Under the pieces are notes generated by a model. It was not told where the DNA came from, did no database searches, and saw only the letters and a program-made list of their open reading frames with translations. Shown in pieces: positions 46,301 through 57,838 of a stretch of 64,000 bases of DNA; the stretch's first letter is position 1; the number at the start of each line of letters is the position of its first letter. The stretch is from Zygnema circumcarinatum SAG 698-1b (taxonomy: Eukaryota > Plantae > Zygnematophyceae). The stretch lies in contig CM074819.1 in NCBI GenBank assembly GCA_037447605.1, forward strand, positions 2,221,580 to 2,285,579. Reading direction: 5' to 3'. A program made the position numbers and the translations under genes.

Positions 46301-48267
46301 TGGCCAATCGTGCGCTGACAGGTGTCCGGGAGTGGCTGTAGGAGGGGGAGGGCGTGCAGGAGCTGCTGAAGGCCACGTGGCACACGCTTGGAATAACCCC
46401 GGCCGTGCACGCTGTGGTCTACGCAGGAGTCCTCTTCCGTCAGGTGTGTGTGTATATGTGTGTCTGCGTCTGCGTGAGTGTGTGTGAGAGAGTGAGAGGG
46501 AGGGAGAGAGAAAGGGAAAAGGGGAGGGAGGGAAGAGAGAGGAGGGAGGAGAGAGAGAGAGAGGGGGGAGGAAGGGTGAGAGGGGAGGAGGAAGTGAGAG
46601 GAGCACGATCTGACATGTGTTCGTGCCTGCATGCCTGAACACGGGGCTGGCAGTTCACCATATCTGGCGAGGAGAGACTTCTGCAGGAGGCAGCAGAGCA
46701 GGTGCAGCTCATCCCTTCAGAGGGGCAGCCATGGGGCCTTACCACCCTCGTTTCCTCCCTGGAGGGGCAGCGGAGACTCTCCCTCCTCCGCTCCTTCCTT
46801 GGGCCCGCCAAGCAATGGGCCGACTGCAGGCTTAGGGACTACCACCGCTTCTTCCCGCAGGTGAAGGGCTGCAGAGAAGCCCTTGCCTTTGAACCCTTAG
46901 TTTAAGGCTCAGTGGGGCTGGACCATGGCTCCATGGCTTGAACTGACTGAGGGGAGGGGCTGATCTCTCTCGCAGGGCGCTACGGGGAGGATGGAACAGC
47001 TGCTTCTTGCAGCCATGGCCATAGACTGCTTGTTCGCAGCGGAGGATGAGCAAAGTCAGGTAAGTTCGGCATTCTCACAGCTGCAAGCTCGTTGTTTCTT
47101 GTTATGCAGTTGATCAGAGGGAGCTGCTTTCTCTTGGTTAAGGAAATTTGGCAATTGTTTGGAACTTTAGATGCGCAGGGTGAGCAGTGGACTGTGGGAG
47201 GTGTGGCAGCAGAGCCGCAGTGAGGACAGGGAAGAGGGCAGCTGCGTGCCATATATTCAGAGCTCAATTTCTGCAGCTTTTGAACGGGTGGAGACTACCC
47301 TCTCTCTCTCTCCCTCTCCCCCTCGCCCGCGCACATTCTTGCTGAAGTCTCATTGTTTACTTGAAGGATTCTTCCCCCCATTAAAACATGAGAGCTGGAT
47401 GCATGGCATTATGGCCCATGTTGGAGGGTTCCCAAGGCAGGTTTCCCTTCTACTGCACCGATGTTCAAAGGAAGGCAATTTCATTACGATTGGCATGCTT
47501 CATGTTCGCTAGATTAGAAAACCAACAAAAAACTGAGCTTGTACTGACCTGCCAGTTCCATGCGAGCTCAGTGTGCGCAGAGCGCAGAGGAGCGGTCGGA
47601 GGCGCAGCAGAGCCACCCACTGGCTTTGCTGGCGGCTGACGTCACGGAGCTCATGCGGAAGGAGGTGGATCTATATTCGCCCCTTCTGCTGACGTATAAT
47701 AAGCTGTCTCTCGAGATCGCTGCCTCCCTTGTTCACCGACTGTACGGCCAGCGCCTCGTATGTCCTGCACACTCACCTCCCCCTCTCTCTCTCTCCCTCT
47801 CCCCCTCGCCCGCGCACATTCTTGCTGAAGTCTCATTGTTTACTTGAAGGATTCTTCCCCCCATTAAAACATGAGAGCTGGATGCATGGCATTATGGCCC
47901 ATGTTGGAGGGTTCCCAAGGCAGGTTTCCCTTCTACTGCACCGATGTTCAAAGGAAGGCAATTTCATTACGATTGGCATGCTTCATGTTCGCTAGATTAG
48001 AAAACCAACAAAAAACTGAGCTTGTACTGACCTGCCAGTTCCATGCGAGCTCAGTGTGCGCAGAGCGCAGAGGAGCGGTCGGAGGCGCAGCAGAGCCACC
48101 CACTGGCTTTGCTGGCGGCTGACGTCACGGAGCTCATGCGGAAGGAGGTGGATCTATATTCGCCCCTTCTGCTGACGTATAATAAGCTGTCTCTCGAGAT
48201 CGCTGCCTCCCTTGTTCACCGACTGTACGGCCAGCGCCTCGTATGTCCTGCACACTCACCTCCCCCC

Positions 48268-48344
<77 letters not shown>

Positions 48345-48350
48345 CCCTCC

Positions 48351-48381
<31 letters not shown>

Positions 48382-51300
48382 GCTCTCTCTCTCTCTCTCT
48401 CTCTAACCCCCAGGCTTTGTTTTGTAAAGAACCTTCTGGCCTTTTTGCTTTTGAGACATCTTATTGTTGAGGATTCGTACGGTTTTGAGGTGTAACATTG
48501 CCGGTAAGGGTGTGCGCGGAGCGCAGAGGCCCTTCCTGGGCGGCCTGGCGGTCCTGACGGAGGAGGCGAGGGCCGCGCTGGCCGCGGGCGGGCGCCTCGA
48601 GGCGCTGCTCCTCCGCCTCGCGGGGGACCCCCCCGAGGGCGACCTCCCCCGCTACCAGGTACAGGGGTACGGGCACAGGCACAGGGTACAGGCACAGCCC
48701 GCACTACTGCATGGAGCGCCCGGGGTGGGTGGCGGGCGTTCCACGGAACTGAACACAGAACTGAGGGTGGAACAGGAGGCGACAGGGAACTGAGAACAGA
48801 ACTGTGGGTGGAACAGGTGGCGGAGGCGACAGGGAACATCGCGATGCGGTGGGTGAGCAGTCAGGTGGCGGTGATGGGGGAGTGGATCGACCGCTCCTTC
48901 ACGGCCGAGGTGCTGTGGGCTCCACCTCTCTGCTCGTTGAGTCAACTATACCATTGGTTAGGAGATGATTTGATTGTCCTTTTGAAGGGTTGACCTGTGT
49001 AGTTAAGAATGCCAAAGAAGGTTTGTAATTGCGGCAGGGGTTAAGGAACGTAGGAGACGTGACGATGAAGGAATCGGAAGGCAAGGCGACCTATGGAGAA
49101 TCTTTGTACTTGCTGATGTTAAGCTTTATGAATGGAGGTCGATCTAATGCGTTGGGGGAAGTGGGAAGAGATGGATTGGAAGCAGAAGTGGGAGGTGGTG
49201 TCACAGACACATCGGTACGGCCATTCTGTGGTGGATACGTTTCGAATCATCGAAGATGTCAGTTCCGTAAAATCCCTTCCAAATCCAAATCATGTGTCTG
49301 CTGTACTTACTTGCTTGCAGTATGGATTTTATGGACGTAAAGACTTCAGATTGTGGGATTTAGGAATTTAGGATGAAAGGGAATTTGTATGGGAGGTGAG
49401 GTGCGAGTCCGACAGAGGAGAGGGTTTGTCGAGTTGACCCTCAATGTTCTGTTGGAAATTCTGAAGGCTTTAGCGCTGATCGAAGCCTGAAATTTAAAAA
49501 ATTCAGCATCTTATCTCATAGTTGATGACATTGCATGAAAGTCACTCTCTGCGACTTTTGGAAACCTCAATGTTTGACAAATATGGCGCTTTGTCTAAAG
49601 CCCATAAGCCATTTTTCTTGGACTGAGGCAGATCTGACTAACTTTTCCATTGAACTTCTCTCGTCCTGCATTGACAAATTCCCAGGCCACGAAGCTAAGT
49701 TGGTTTTCCTTTTAGGTTTTTCCATCACATTCACTACTTCCCACCCACTTCAATGTTCGCTTCTTTCAAAATCGATTGAAGCACACGTGGTTTCTCTGTT
49801 GTGCATATGTTCAGACATTGGAGCATTTCTTTGACTTGGGCGTTCCGATCCGCTTGACCCTCATGAAGGCTCTCGCGACTGGAATCGACTCCTGCTTGCA
49901 TCACTATGTGACACGACTCATGAACCAGCTCGGTATGCCCCCCTTCCTCATAGACCCTATGCCACGTGTCCCTCCTGACAGAAGTCCCTTTAATAGAAAG
50001 AAAAGTAAACGAACTTCAACAGCAAACAGTAGACTCTCCAAAACTCTCCAAAACTCCCCAAAATTCTCCAAAACTAGTTTTTGCAGAGTCTACAGGGTTT
50101 TAGGGTGTTTTCTGTAGTTTTTTGCAGAGTTTACAGGGTTTTAGGGAGAAACCCTAAAAACTCTACTGAACTGTCCAAAACTCTCCAAAACTCTTCTTAA
50201 GTTTCAGTTTAACAGTAACTACTTTACTTTAACAGAAGAGTACCAAGTTCAACCGACGTGTGCGGAGAATCATAGTCGGCAAGGTGACTTGGTTTGACTT
50301 GACTCGACTTTACTTGAGTTGACTTGAGTTGACTTGAGTTGACCATGCATGCATGCGCAAAGGCGGGCGGGCGAGCAGGCCCGAAGGCCGAGCTGACGCC
50401 CCCCGCGCCCCCGCTGACGCGCTTCAAGGTCGACGTGGCGCAGCGCGCGGCCGCCAGGGCCCGGAACCCCGCGCGCCCATTGGTCGAGGCCCGCACCGCT
50501 GACGTCAGCGCCCTCACCACCAGGGGCCTCTGCGTGCGCCTGAACACCCTCCAGGTGCGACCGACCATGGACCGACCTGCCGCTGATATCGAGGAATATC
50601 GACTATTGTTTTGTTTCAAACGAGGAGGACTCTGAGATTGTGTGCGTTTTTGGAGGGTGTTGAAGGTCGGATATGCCGATGGCTGACGGAGAGAATGGGG
50701 CTGTTCCGGCTGTTGTGCAGTTCATGGCGGAGCAGATGGCGGCTTTGGAGGATGGCATTCGAGAACGTTGGCAAGGTAAGTGCAAGAAAGGAGACATGTC
50801 ATCGCACGGTTTCAGTTTCACGCGAACCTTATAGATGCACATGGCGAACTTCAGGCTTCGCAATTGGATCATCCTTTCCCATTTCTTGTGACTCCGGACT
50901 GTCTCCGTCACTCTTGTTCAACCTCTCGCTCACATTCTTGTCACTCTCGTTTGCTTTTGGACACGGTCTCTCTCTCGCTCACACACACACACACTCTCTC
51001 TCCCTCCCTGTCTCTCTCCTGCAGCGAAGCGTGCTGTGGAGGAGACCCTCCAGCGGCGCAGCGTGAAGGGAGACGAGCTGGCGGGGGCGTTGGACCTCTC
51101 GAGGAGGGCGGTCAGCGCAGCGATCGACAAGGCCTGCGACTTTACAGGTGGGGTAGAACCGCTGCTTCACCCCCGATTCGCATATCTTGTATTCAAATCC
51201 GCATTTTGAAAAGAAGCGTAGTGCATCTCTCAGTTCCGAATTCCGTTGAGAATAATCACTGCAGAACCGTTCTATGCTGCAATGATTGGGCTTTGTTCTT

Positions 51301-52569
51301 GATACAGTTATCAGCTGTTTCAGTTATTTGGGTGCAAATGGGGTTTCCAGGAACCAAGATTGTTTTTTGGGACTTGCGAGAGCCATTCTTGGAGAAACTT
51401 TACAGCGTGAATGTTGCCTCCGCTAGGATTGGTCCAGTGCTGGACAGGCTTGACCCGGTAGGCCCCTTTACTGCCAATATTGGCATGGAAAAGGGCTTAA
51501 GCTTTTGGGTATATTATTCAGAGGTGTTTGCACAGCTACTGGTTTTACATACTTCAGCTGTGCTAATTCTAGGATGATTTTACGGTTTCTATATGTTTGG
51601 AGGTTTTTGTTGGGCGGTTTCTGTAATCCATCGATCTAATGATCAGTAACTTTTTATGAGTTCCCGTTCTCTTTGAGCAGGTCCTGGGGGAGCTGTGTGA
51701 AGTCATCACAGAGCATCTACGTGACAGGGTCGTCCTCGGCCTCCTTCAAGCGTGCCTTGTCAGTTTTTCCTTTTCCCGTTATGTTCCTCGTCGATGTTCC
51801 TATTTCCTTGTCTCGTTTGTGGAAAGAGATAGGGCACTGGGAGGTGGGAAGGGGGAGGGCCCTTATTTTTGAGGTTGGGGTCCATGGGATTGCGGGCGGG
51901 TCTGAACAGGACGGCCTTCATCGAGTGCTTTTGGACGGAGGCCCTGCTCGAGCCTTTGCGAAGGATGATGCGGAGATGCTGGAAGATGATGTGCACGCTC
52001 TCAAGGTGCGGCTGGGAGTGAAGTGATGCAGAGATGTTCCTGGGAAGATATCATGCAGCAAAGTTCAGTCTTGTTGGTATAGAGAGCTCCTGGAATCTGA
52101 GCTCTGCCCTCCCCTTTTTCCTGCAGGATTTCTTCATAGCAGGAGGAGACGGCCTCCCCAGAACAGTGGTGGAGAACACAGCGGCTCCCGTGCAGCAAAT
52201 CCTCAACCTCTATTCTCTGGAAGTGGGTCCTCGCTCCCCCTCTCTAACAGTTTCCCCCCCCCCCTCTCCCCTCTCTCCTACATCAGGATGTTGACGTAAC
52301 GAGGTTCATCTTGCCCGTTCTGCCTCTCCCAAACCTCTTCGTATGTTTGCAAGGTACTCCCTCTGACTGCCCTGCCCTGTAAGTCGCAGACTTCCACCTT
52401 GATCGACTGCTTCAACCAGGCGAGCGGAGTGAGTGCGGGCCCGACCGCTGCCAGGCCGCGAATGGCGACCGACTCGGAGACGCTCTTGAGAGTGCTCTGC
52501 CACCGCGCAGACCGCGACGCCTCCAAGTTTTTGAAGAAGCACTTCAGACTGCCCAAAGTGGTGACATGA
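43387..52569 (+). CDS. PATROL1: Munc13-like DUF810 protein, PATROL1 homolog
   Basis: More than 20 exons with GT-AG borders. Motifs include MLQRYRRDRKELLEFV...KKVVLPPGAVSIDDVDL, EDDLRACAYELLLAC, LLVPLELL, HWADGYHLN, WADCRLRDYH, TKIVFWDLREPF, RVLLDGGPARAF and TLLRVLCHRADRDASKFLKKHFRLPK. Stop at 52567-52569. Confidence 0.93.
47298..48266. repeat. Tandem duplication with a 483-bp period, containing one PATROL1 exon per copy
   Basis: ORFs 47388-47639 and 47871-48122 are identical. The duplicated exons are 47581-47757 and 48064-48240. Units are bounded by CT tracts. Confidence 0.95.
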
Positions 52570-53441
52570 CGTAGTTGGCAGACGGACCTCTTTATCTCGC
52601 TCTCTCTCTCTCTCTCACTCTGTGTCGGTCCCGTAGTGAATAATACGGTTTGGGAGTTCGCCTACGATGAAAAAGTCATCATCTCTGTATACATGACGGT
52701 GTGTGTATAGCTCACGCAGACTCTCAAAATGATTATTGAACGCAAATGAGGTAAATAACTAATAACAAAGGCGATCGTTTTGTGAATGTGAATGGGTGAA
52801 TGTGAATGTGGAATGAATGTGGGTGAATGTTTTTCATTTCAACTTCATATTTGAAGCTTGCTCCGTTGAAAACGACCGTGAGAATTCTGTTTGCAGAATC
52901 TCCAAGTAGCGATTTTGAACACGTTGGAATGTGTACCGCAGGGGGGGCAGCCAAGCGGAAATAATTGGCGTCATAACGTGTGGAATGTATCGACACGTGG
53001 CAGTTTACAAATGGTTGTGCAAACCACGTGCATGCCTCGCAAAACAGAAGCAGCTTCGAAACTCCAAACCTCAAAAACACACCTTTTTGAGTCCGTCAGC
53101 TAATTTTCTCTCTTCCCAGGCAGCCCGGGAGTCTGCAAGCCGAGGGGAGGCACATGCGCCTGCACCCGCTAATATAATAAAATCAAGATGTGGTGTGCAC
53201 CACAATGACATTTCTATGAATTCTCTTCTCTCCGTCGTCAGCGCCGAACAGGCGACACCTGAAGTCCTGCTGTCAGAAAATGGGCTCCCAGCCATCCGGG
53301 TAGTATCCAGAAGAGAGACAACTTTGGAGCCCTGCCCGGATGGCTTGAGCATAGAGTGAACAGGGAAGGGAAGACATAAGGAAGCAACAACTGCTTGTAA
53401 CGGAACGGAGGAAGGGAAAGAGAATGGAGCCGTTTCCGTGC

Positions 53442-56380
53442 TCACGGACCCGCATAAATCCGCCGCTGGTTGAGCTCCTGCACAGGTCTCTGCAGGCGGG
53501 GGGTCACACAGAACACTCGGTGCAGATTAGCATTTACATGATGCATGTATCCGAAAGGTGAGTGAAGTGTCTGCGGAGATATGATAAAGGCAGACGCTAC
53601 GAACGGGATATGCCAAAAGTATTAGAACAGAACAGAATTCAACCCCCAGAAGCTACATAACCTGAAAAGGTAATCAAAGTCAGGGAACAATGTGAAGGGC
53701 TTTACTGAGTTCATGGCGAGGGTAACGCCGTCGCCAACATAGTTCATGAATTCCACCACCTGCTCTCCGGGCACTCGGATGGGAGTGGCTGTAACAGCAT
53801 TGGTGAACTTATAGGTATGTCAGAAATTACTTCAAGAGAGACAAGTGAAGAATGAGGGCACGGAGCGACAGAAAGACCGGGAAGAGGGGGAGAGAGAGAG
53901 AGAGGAGAGGGGGGAAGTGGTAAGAGTGTTCTAGACAGAATATATCATGATGTACGCCACAAAAGATTTTGACTGCAATTAGAAAAGTGTGAAAAAAACA
54001 GAGGTCGGTGGAGAACCTACTCATGAGAAACCAGGCAACCCCTTCAGAGCAGGGTGGCGTGGTCAGTGATCCCGAGTAATGGACATAGGACCGCTCGCCA
54101 TTCTGGACGAAATGCAGTCAAGCACCCATTAGCTAACCCTCTATGGCTCAAACCGTAATAAACCCATTCCAGCAGGAATTTTTCTTGTAGAATGATGGGA
54201 CAGGAGAGGAGAGAGTTCAATAGATAGCTAAGGTTCCACGTTTCAGATCATCTTGAGTTGAGGTCTGAATTTCTTTTGGTTTGAGATAGGAAGGAGCGAA
54301 AGGGAAGGTTAATCTGGAGAAATCAAGAAGTGGAGCATACGTACCTCTTGGTCCGGCTTTGGCAGCAATACAGTCGGGTTGATCTCCAAAGTAAAGCAGA
54401 CTTGGCGTTCTCCGGTGGCACCGCTTCCATTAGGGAAACACTCGGTTGGAGCCGGACTGAGGCCAACCTCCACACTGTATGTGTTAGTCACCGTACAATT
54501 GACGATGGGATTTTCTATGGGACAGCAAGGTTCACAGATAGGCAGCCCTATATAGGAGCAGCAAGAAAGAGCTGCCAGAGACAGACAATTTGAAAGTGCT
54601 GCACTCATCAAAAGCTGATAGGAAGTAAGGTAAACGTTTGTGGTTCGTGTGTCCCTCACACCTCTTGGCTCCTCGTTCATCCGGAGCGAAGTCGAGGGCT
54701 GCTTGCAGACACAAGTTACGGGGTGCCGTGGGCTGTGCTTCTATCATCACTCTGCGTCAGCCATGGCAGGCTCTTCCTGTTTAGCTTTTTAAGCAAAAAC
54801 CGAGTCCACTGAAACCCAATGTGCAAACTCCTCCACTGCCGAATTTCATGTAATAGTGATTCTGCAGCATGTACAGTAGCCATGTATCTAACAACTACTC
54901 TTGCACTCATCACTATCTCTTGCAGCTTTAGGGTTCAATTCGCAACCCTTGCATGCATCGGGCTGCTCGAAGGCATGGCTTACCCAACGACTGCCAGGCC
55001 CTTTTCGTCTCCTGCAGCAACCCCAACAAATGAAGTGCTTATTAATAAAACCATCTCAACTGCTCCCTTAAGCTCAGATTAAGGGACCACTTTCACATAG
55101 TACGCCTCTCCTTTAATCAGTTGCACTTGCCTTTACCTTTAGTTTTATCCTTTACTTTACATTGAACATCACGTCACCTCATATGCTCCTAACATTTTCA
55201 GCCTAGCACATCTTGCATGCGCATTATTGCCCCGATTAGAGGAGAATGTGAAGCGAAAAGCTGGGCGGGAAACAAGCTCACTGTGCACAAGGTGAACCTC
55301 CATGGCAGTCCGCATTCCGTTAAACGAATGTTCGCTTGGTGCATGGAAATGATACTGAAGAAGCTCCAGCTTCCGATCTCCCACTAGCATGTAGTTCGCT
55401 CCGGCAGGATAGTCCACCTGCTTGGAATATCCCATATTCAGCCACAGCTTCCAAACTCTGCCTTAACTCCGTCCTAAAGAAAATGGAGACCTATGAAGCT
55501 GATCTCTCTCCCCATCATCACCGGCGAGTAAACTCACATTATAGACGCATGCATACGCATTACCACCCTTTAGAACCGCTGTCTGATGTGAGCTAGTCAT
55601 GCCCCACAATCTGAAGCCTACATCGTCTTCACATACTCCTTTATATAGCCAATCATTGTCGGCCCCATCATCACACTATTTGGCATCACTGTCCTCAGCA
55701 TCATCCCTCGATCGTCATAACCGCACACCATCACCACCACCACAACCACCACCACTAGCATCACCATGAAGAAGTTCGAGGACTGCAGATCTGAACCAGG
55801 CACTGCGGAGTGGAAGCAATGCAGCATTGCCGGGGGGAAGGGAGGGGAGGGGAACCTGCATGGTGCCATGGCCTGTGTTCAAGAAGCTGGGAGGCGACCG
55901 ATTGTAGTTAAACTGAATCCCGCCAAGGTAGGCATTGGTGACGAGGGAGGGAGAGCCAACTGGAATGTCAATAGGAGACTGCGTGGTTCCTGCGGCGCAC
56001 AAGCTGTTCCATTGAGGAGGTCCAGAGAGACTTCCGTAGCTCCACTCATTCGCCATGGCGATCGATCCCTTCTCCCGACACACCGGGCAGGCAGCCATGG
56101 CCATTCCTGTAGCTCCACCAATCAGAAGCTTCCTCCTTGAGCCAGAGGGATTCACCAATGGCTGCCGCCTCTGTTCCCTCTCCTTCTCCTGTTCAGCAGG
56201 AGGGACGCTGCTGTCAGCTCGGGGAGCAACCATGCCCACGATAGCCCGACTCGAGCGGCCATTTCTGGGGAGCTTCATGTTGGGAGTGAGAGAGGACCCA
56301 TGGCTTCCCAAAGGCTTTCCAGAAGCCTCCCGTGTCCAGCATGCCCGCAGATGCGCTGCATTGCTGCTGCAGGCCGCCAT
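53442..56380 (-). CDS. CAH3: Alpha-carbonic anhydrase, thylakoid-lumen type (Chlamydomonas CAH3-like)
   Basis: Exons 56380-55856, 55417-55282, 55011-54984, 54751-54662, 54456-54345, 54102-54021, 53788-53706 and 53489-53442 (1104 nt, 367 aa). Transit peptide plus twin-Arg SRRKLL. Motifs WSYG..GPPQW, QSPIDIP, LNTGHGTMQV, Zn ligands YHFHAPSEH and EVHLVH, GSLTTPPCSEGV, and NSRPVQELN. Confidence 0.93.
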
Positions 56381-56466
56381 GGCGGAAGCCCCCCTCCTTC
56401 CTTCTCCCCTCGCTTCCCTCTCTCCCCCTCTGTGACGGGAAGGGCGGCCCATAGCCTTCCTGATCC

Positions 56467-56559
56467 GTACAGTGTGTACGGAGATATTCGTACAGCCGAT
56501 TCTGTTCTGTCGGCCGAACCTATCGTACACCTTCGGTTGAAAAAGTACTGGTTTCGTAC
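56467..56559. promoter_or_regulatory. Cluster of six GTAC cores upstream of the carbonic anhydrase
   Basis: GTAC at 56467, 56476, 56490, 56525, 56545 and 56556, 87-179 bp upstream of the ATG at 56380. Confidence 0.45.
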
Positions 56560-57838
56560 GAATATCGAATTCACATACGGACGGAAGAGCTGCCATGCTG
56601 GAAAGTTAAAGCTGACGTGGCACGCTCTGAAGCCGTCAATTTCGGATTGGGCGGACGGGCGGTAAAGTGAGCGGGCAGAAAAAAATCCAGTCCGGGCAGG
56701 AGGGTCGGAGAAGCCAAGACACTGCATTATCGGACGAAGGCGAATGAGGCAGTGTCACGTGGACGCATCTTGCGTCGGATTGGCGCGATTGTTTTTTGAG
56801 CCTGCCCAAGAAAGTCGTTCCGAAGTGCGTCAGCCATTGGGAGCGCGGCACGTTGGCATTATCCTGATCGCGTGCGCCAGTCAGCAAACACTAACTGGAA
56901 CTATGCGCAGGGAGCGGCGTGCCGACCGCGACCCTGAACGGTCGTCAGTGGCCCTTCACGAGTCGGTGGTGATGGTGTTGGTGTTGTTATTGATGTTGTT
57001 GTTGATGCTGTTGTTGAACAACATCAAGACTAACTACCCCTTGTTGATGTTGTTAATGTTGTTCGATTCTTAGTGGTTTGCTGCTGTAGCTTTGTCAAGG
57101 GACTCAAGCGGCTCTAGCCCTCCACAGGTCCAAGGCCTGGTTGTGCAACAACTCACACATGACATGATCCATGTTGTGTGGAGACTTGGGCCCATCAAGA
57201 ACAAGAGCTGCTGTTTGGCTGCGAGGACGGCTCCGCCCTCCGCCCCAACAACGAGCCATTCACCGCCGACAGACTCAGAGACAGAGGACGAGGGCGAGCA
57301 AGCGGAGGGATTGCGCGACGCTAGAACGTTATCAATCAATCTTGTTAAAAGCAAAATTGCACTCACTCCCTAAATTCACAAGTCGTCCTATCATCACTTC
57401 GAGCGTATACCAACAATAATACTACTACTACTGCTGCTGCAGCACTACTCCTCCCTCCCCTGCCATGCCACCAGTCCGACACCCCCCGCTCCGGCCCCTC
57501 CCCCCCCTAACTTTTGAGGGCACATAGCCTTGTGCAGCATACCCCTTTCCCCTCCCTCCCTTCCTACGCCTGCCTGCCCCAGACCCTACCACCCAAACTC
57601 TACCGCCAGCTCATTGTGTACAAGAGGAGAGAGCTACGGCAGCTCCGCTTCGGAACTCGAACTGCTCACACAGGCTGTGGGTTCATTCTGCATTCATTTA
57701 CATGAGCAGCAGTGGCAAGCAGTGTGATGATGATGATGATGGGCCGACCGACCGTTGCAGCAGCTTGCACCGCCGCATGTCGCAGCCCCCCCTCGCTAAA
57801 TAGATGATGATGATGATGATGCCCCTCCTCTCCCCTCT

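Noticed and set aside
57070-57373. Overlapping 93-aa and 98-aa ORFs between the CA and DSP genes
   Set aside because: No homology cues. The position fits the 3' UTR or intergenic DNA, which is flanked by trinucleotide repeats.
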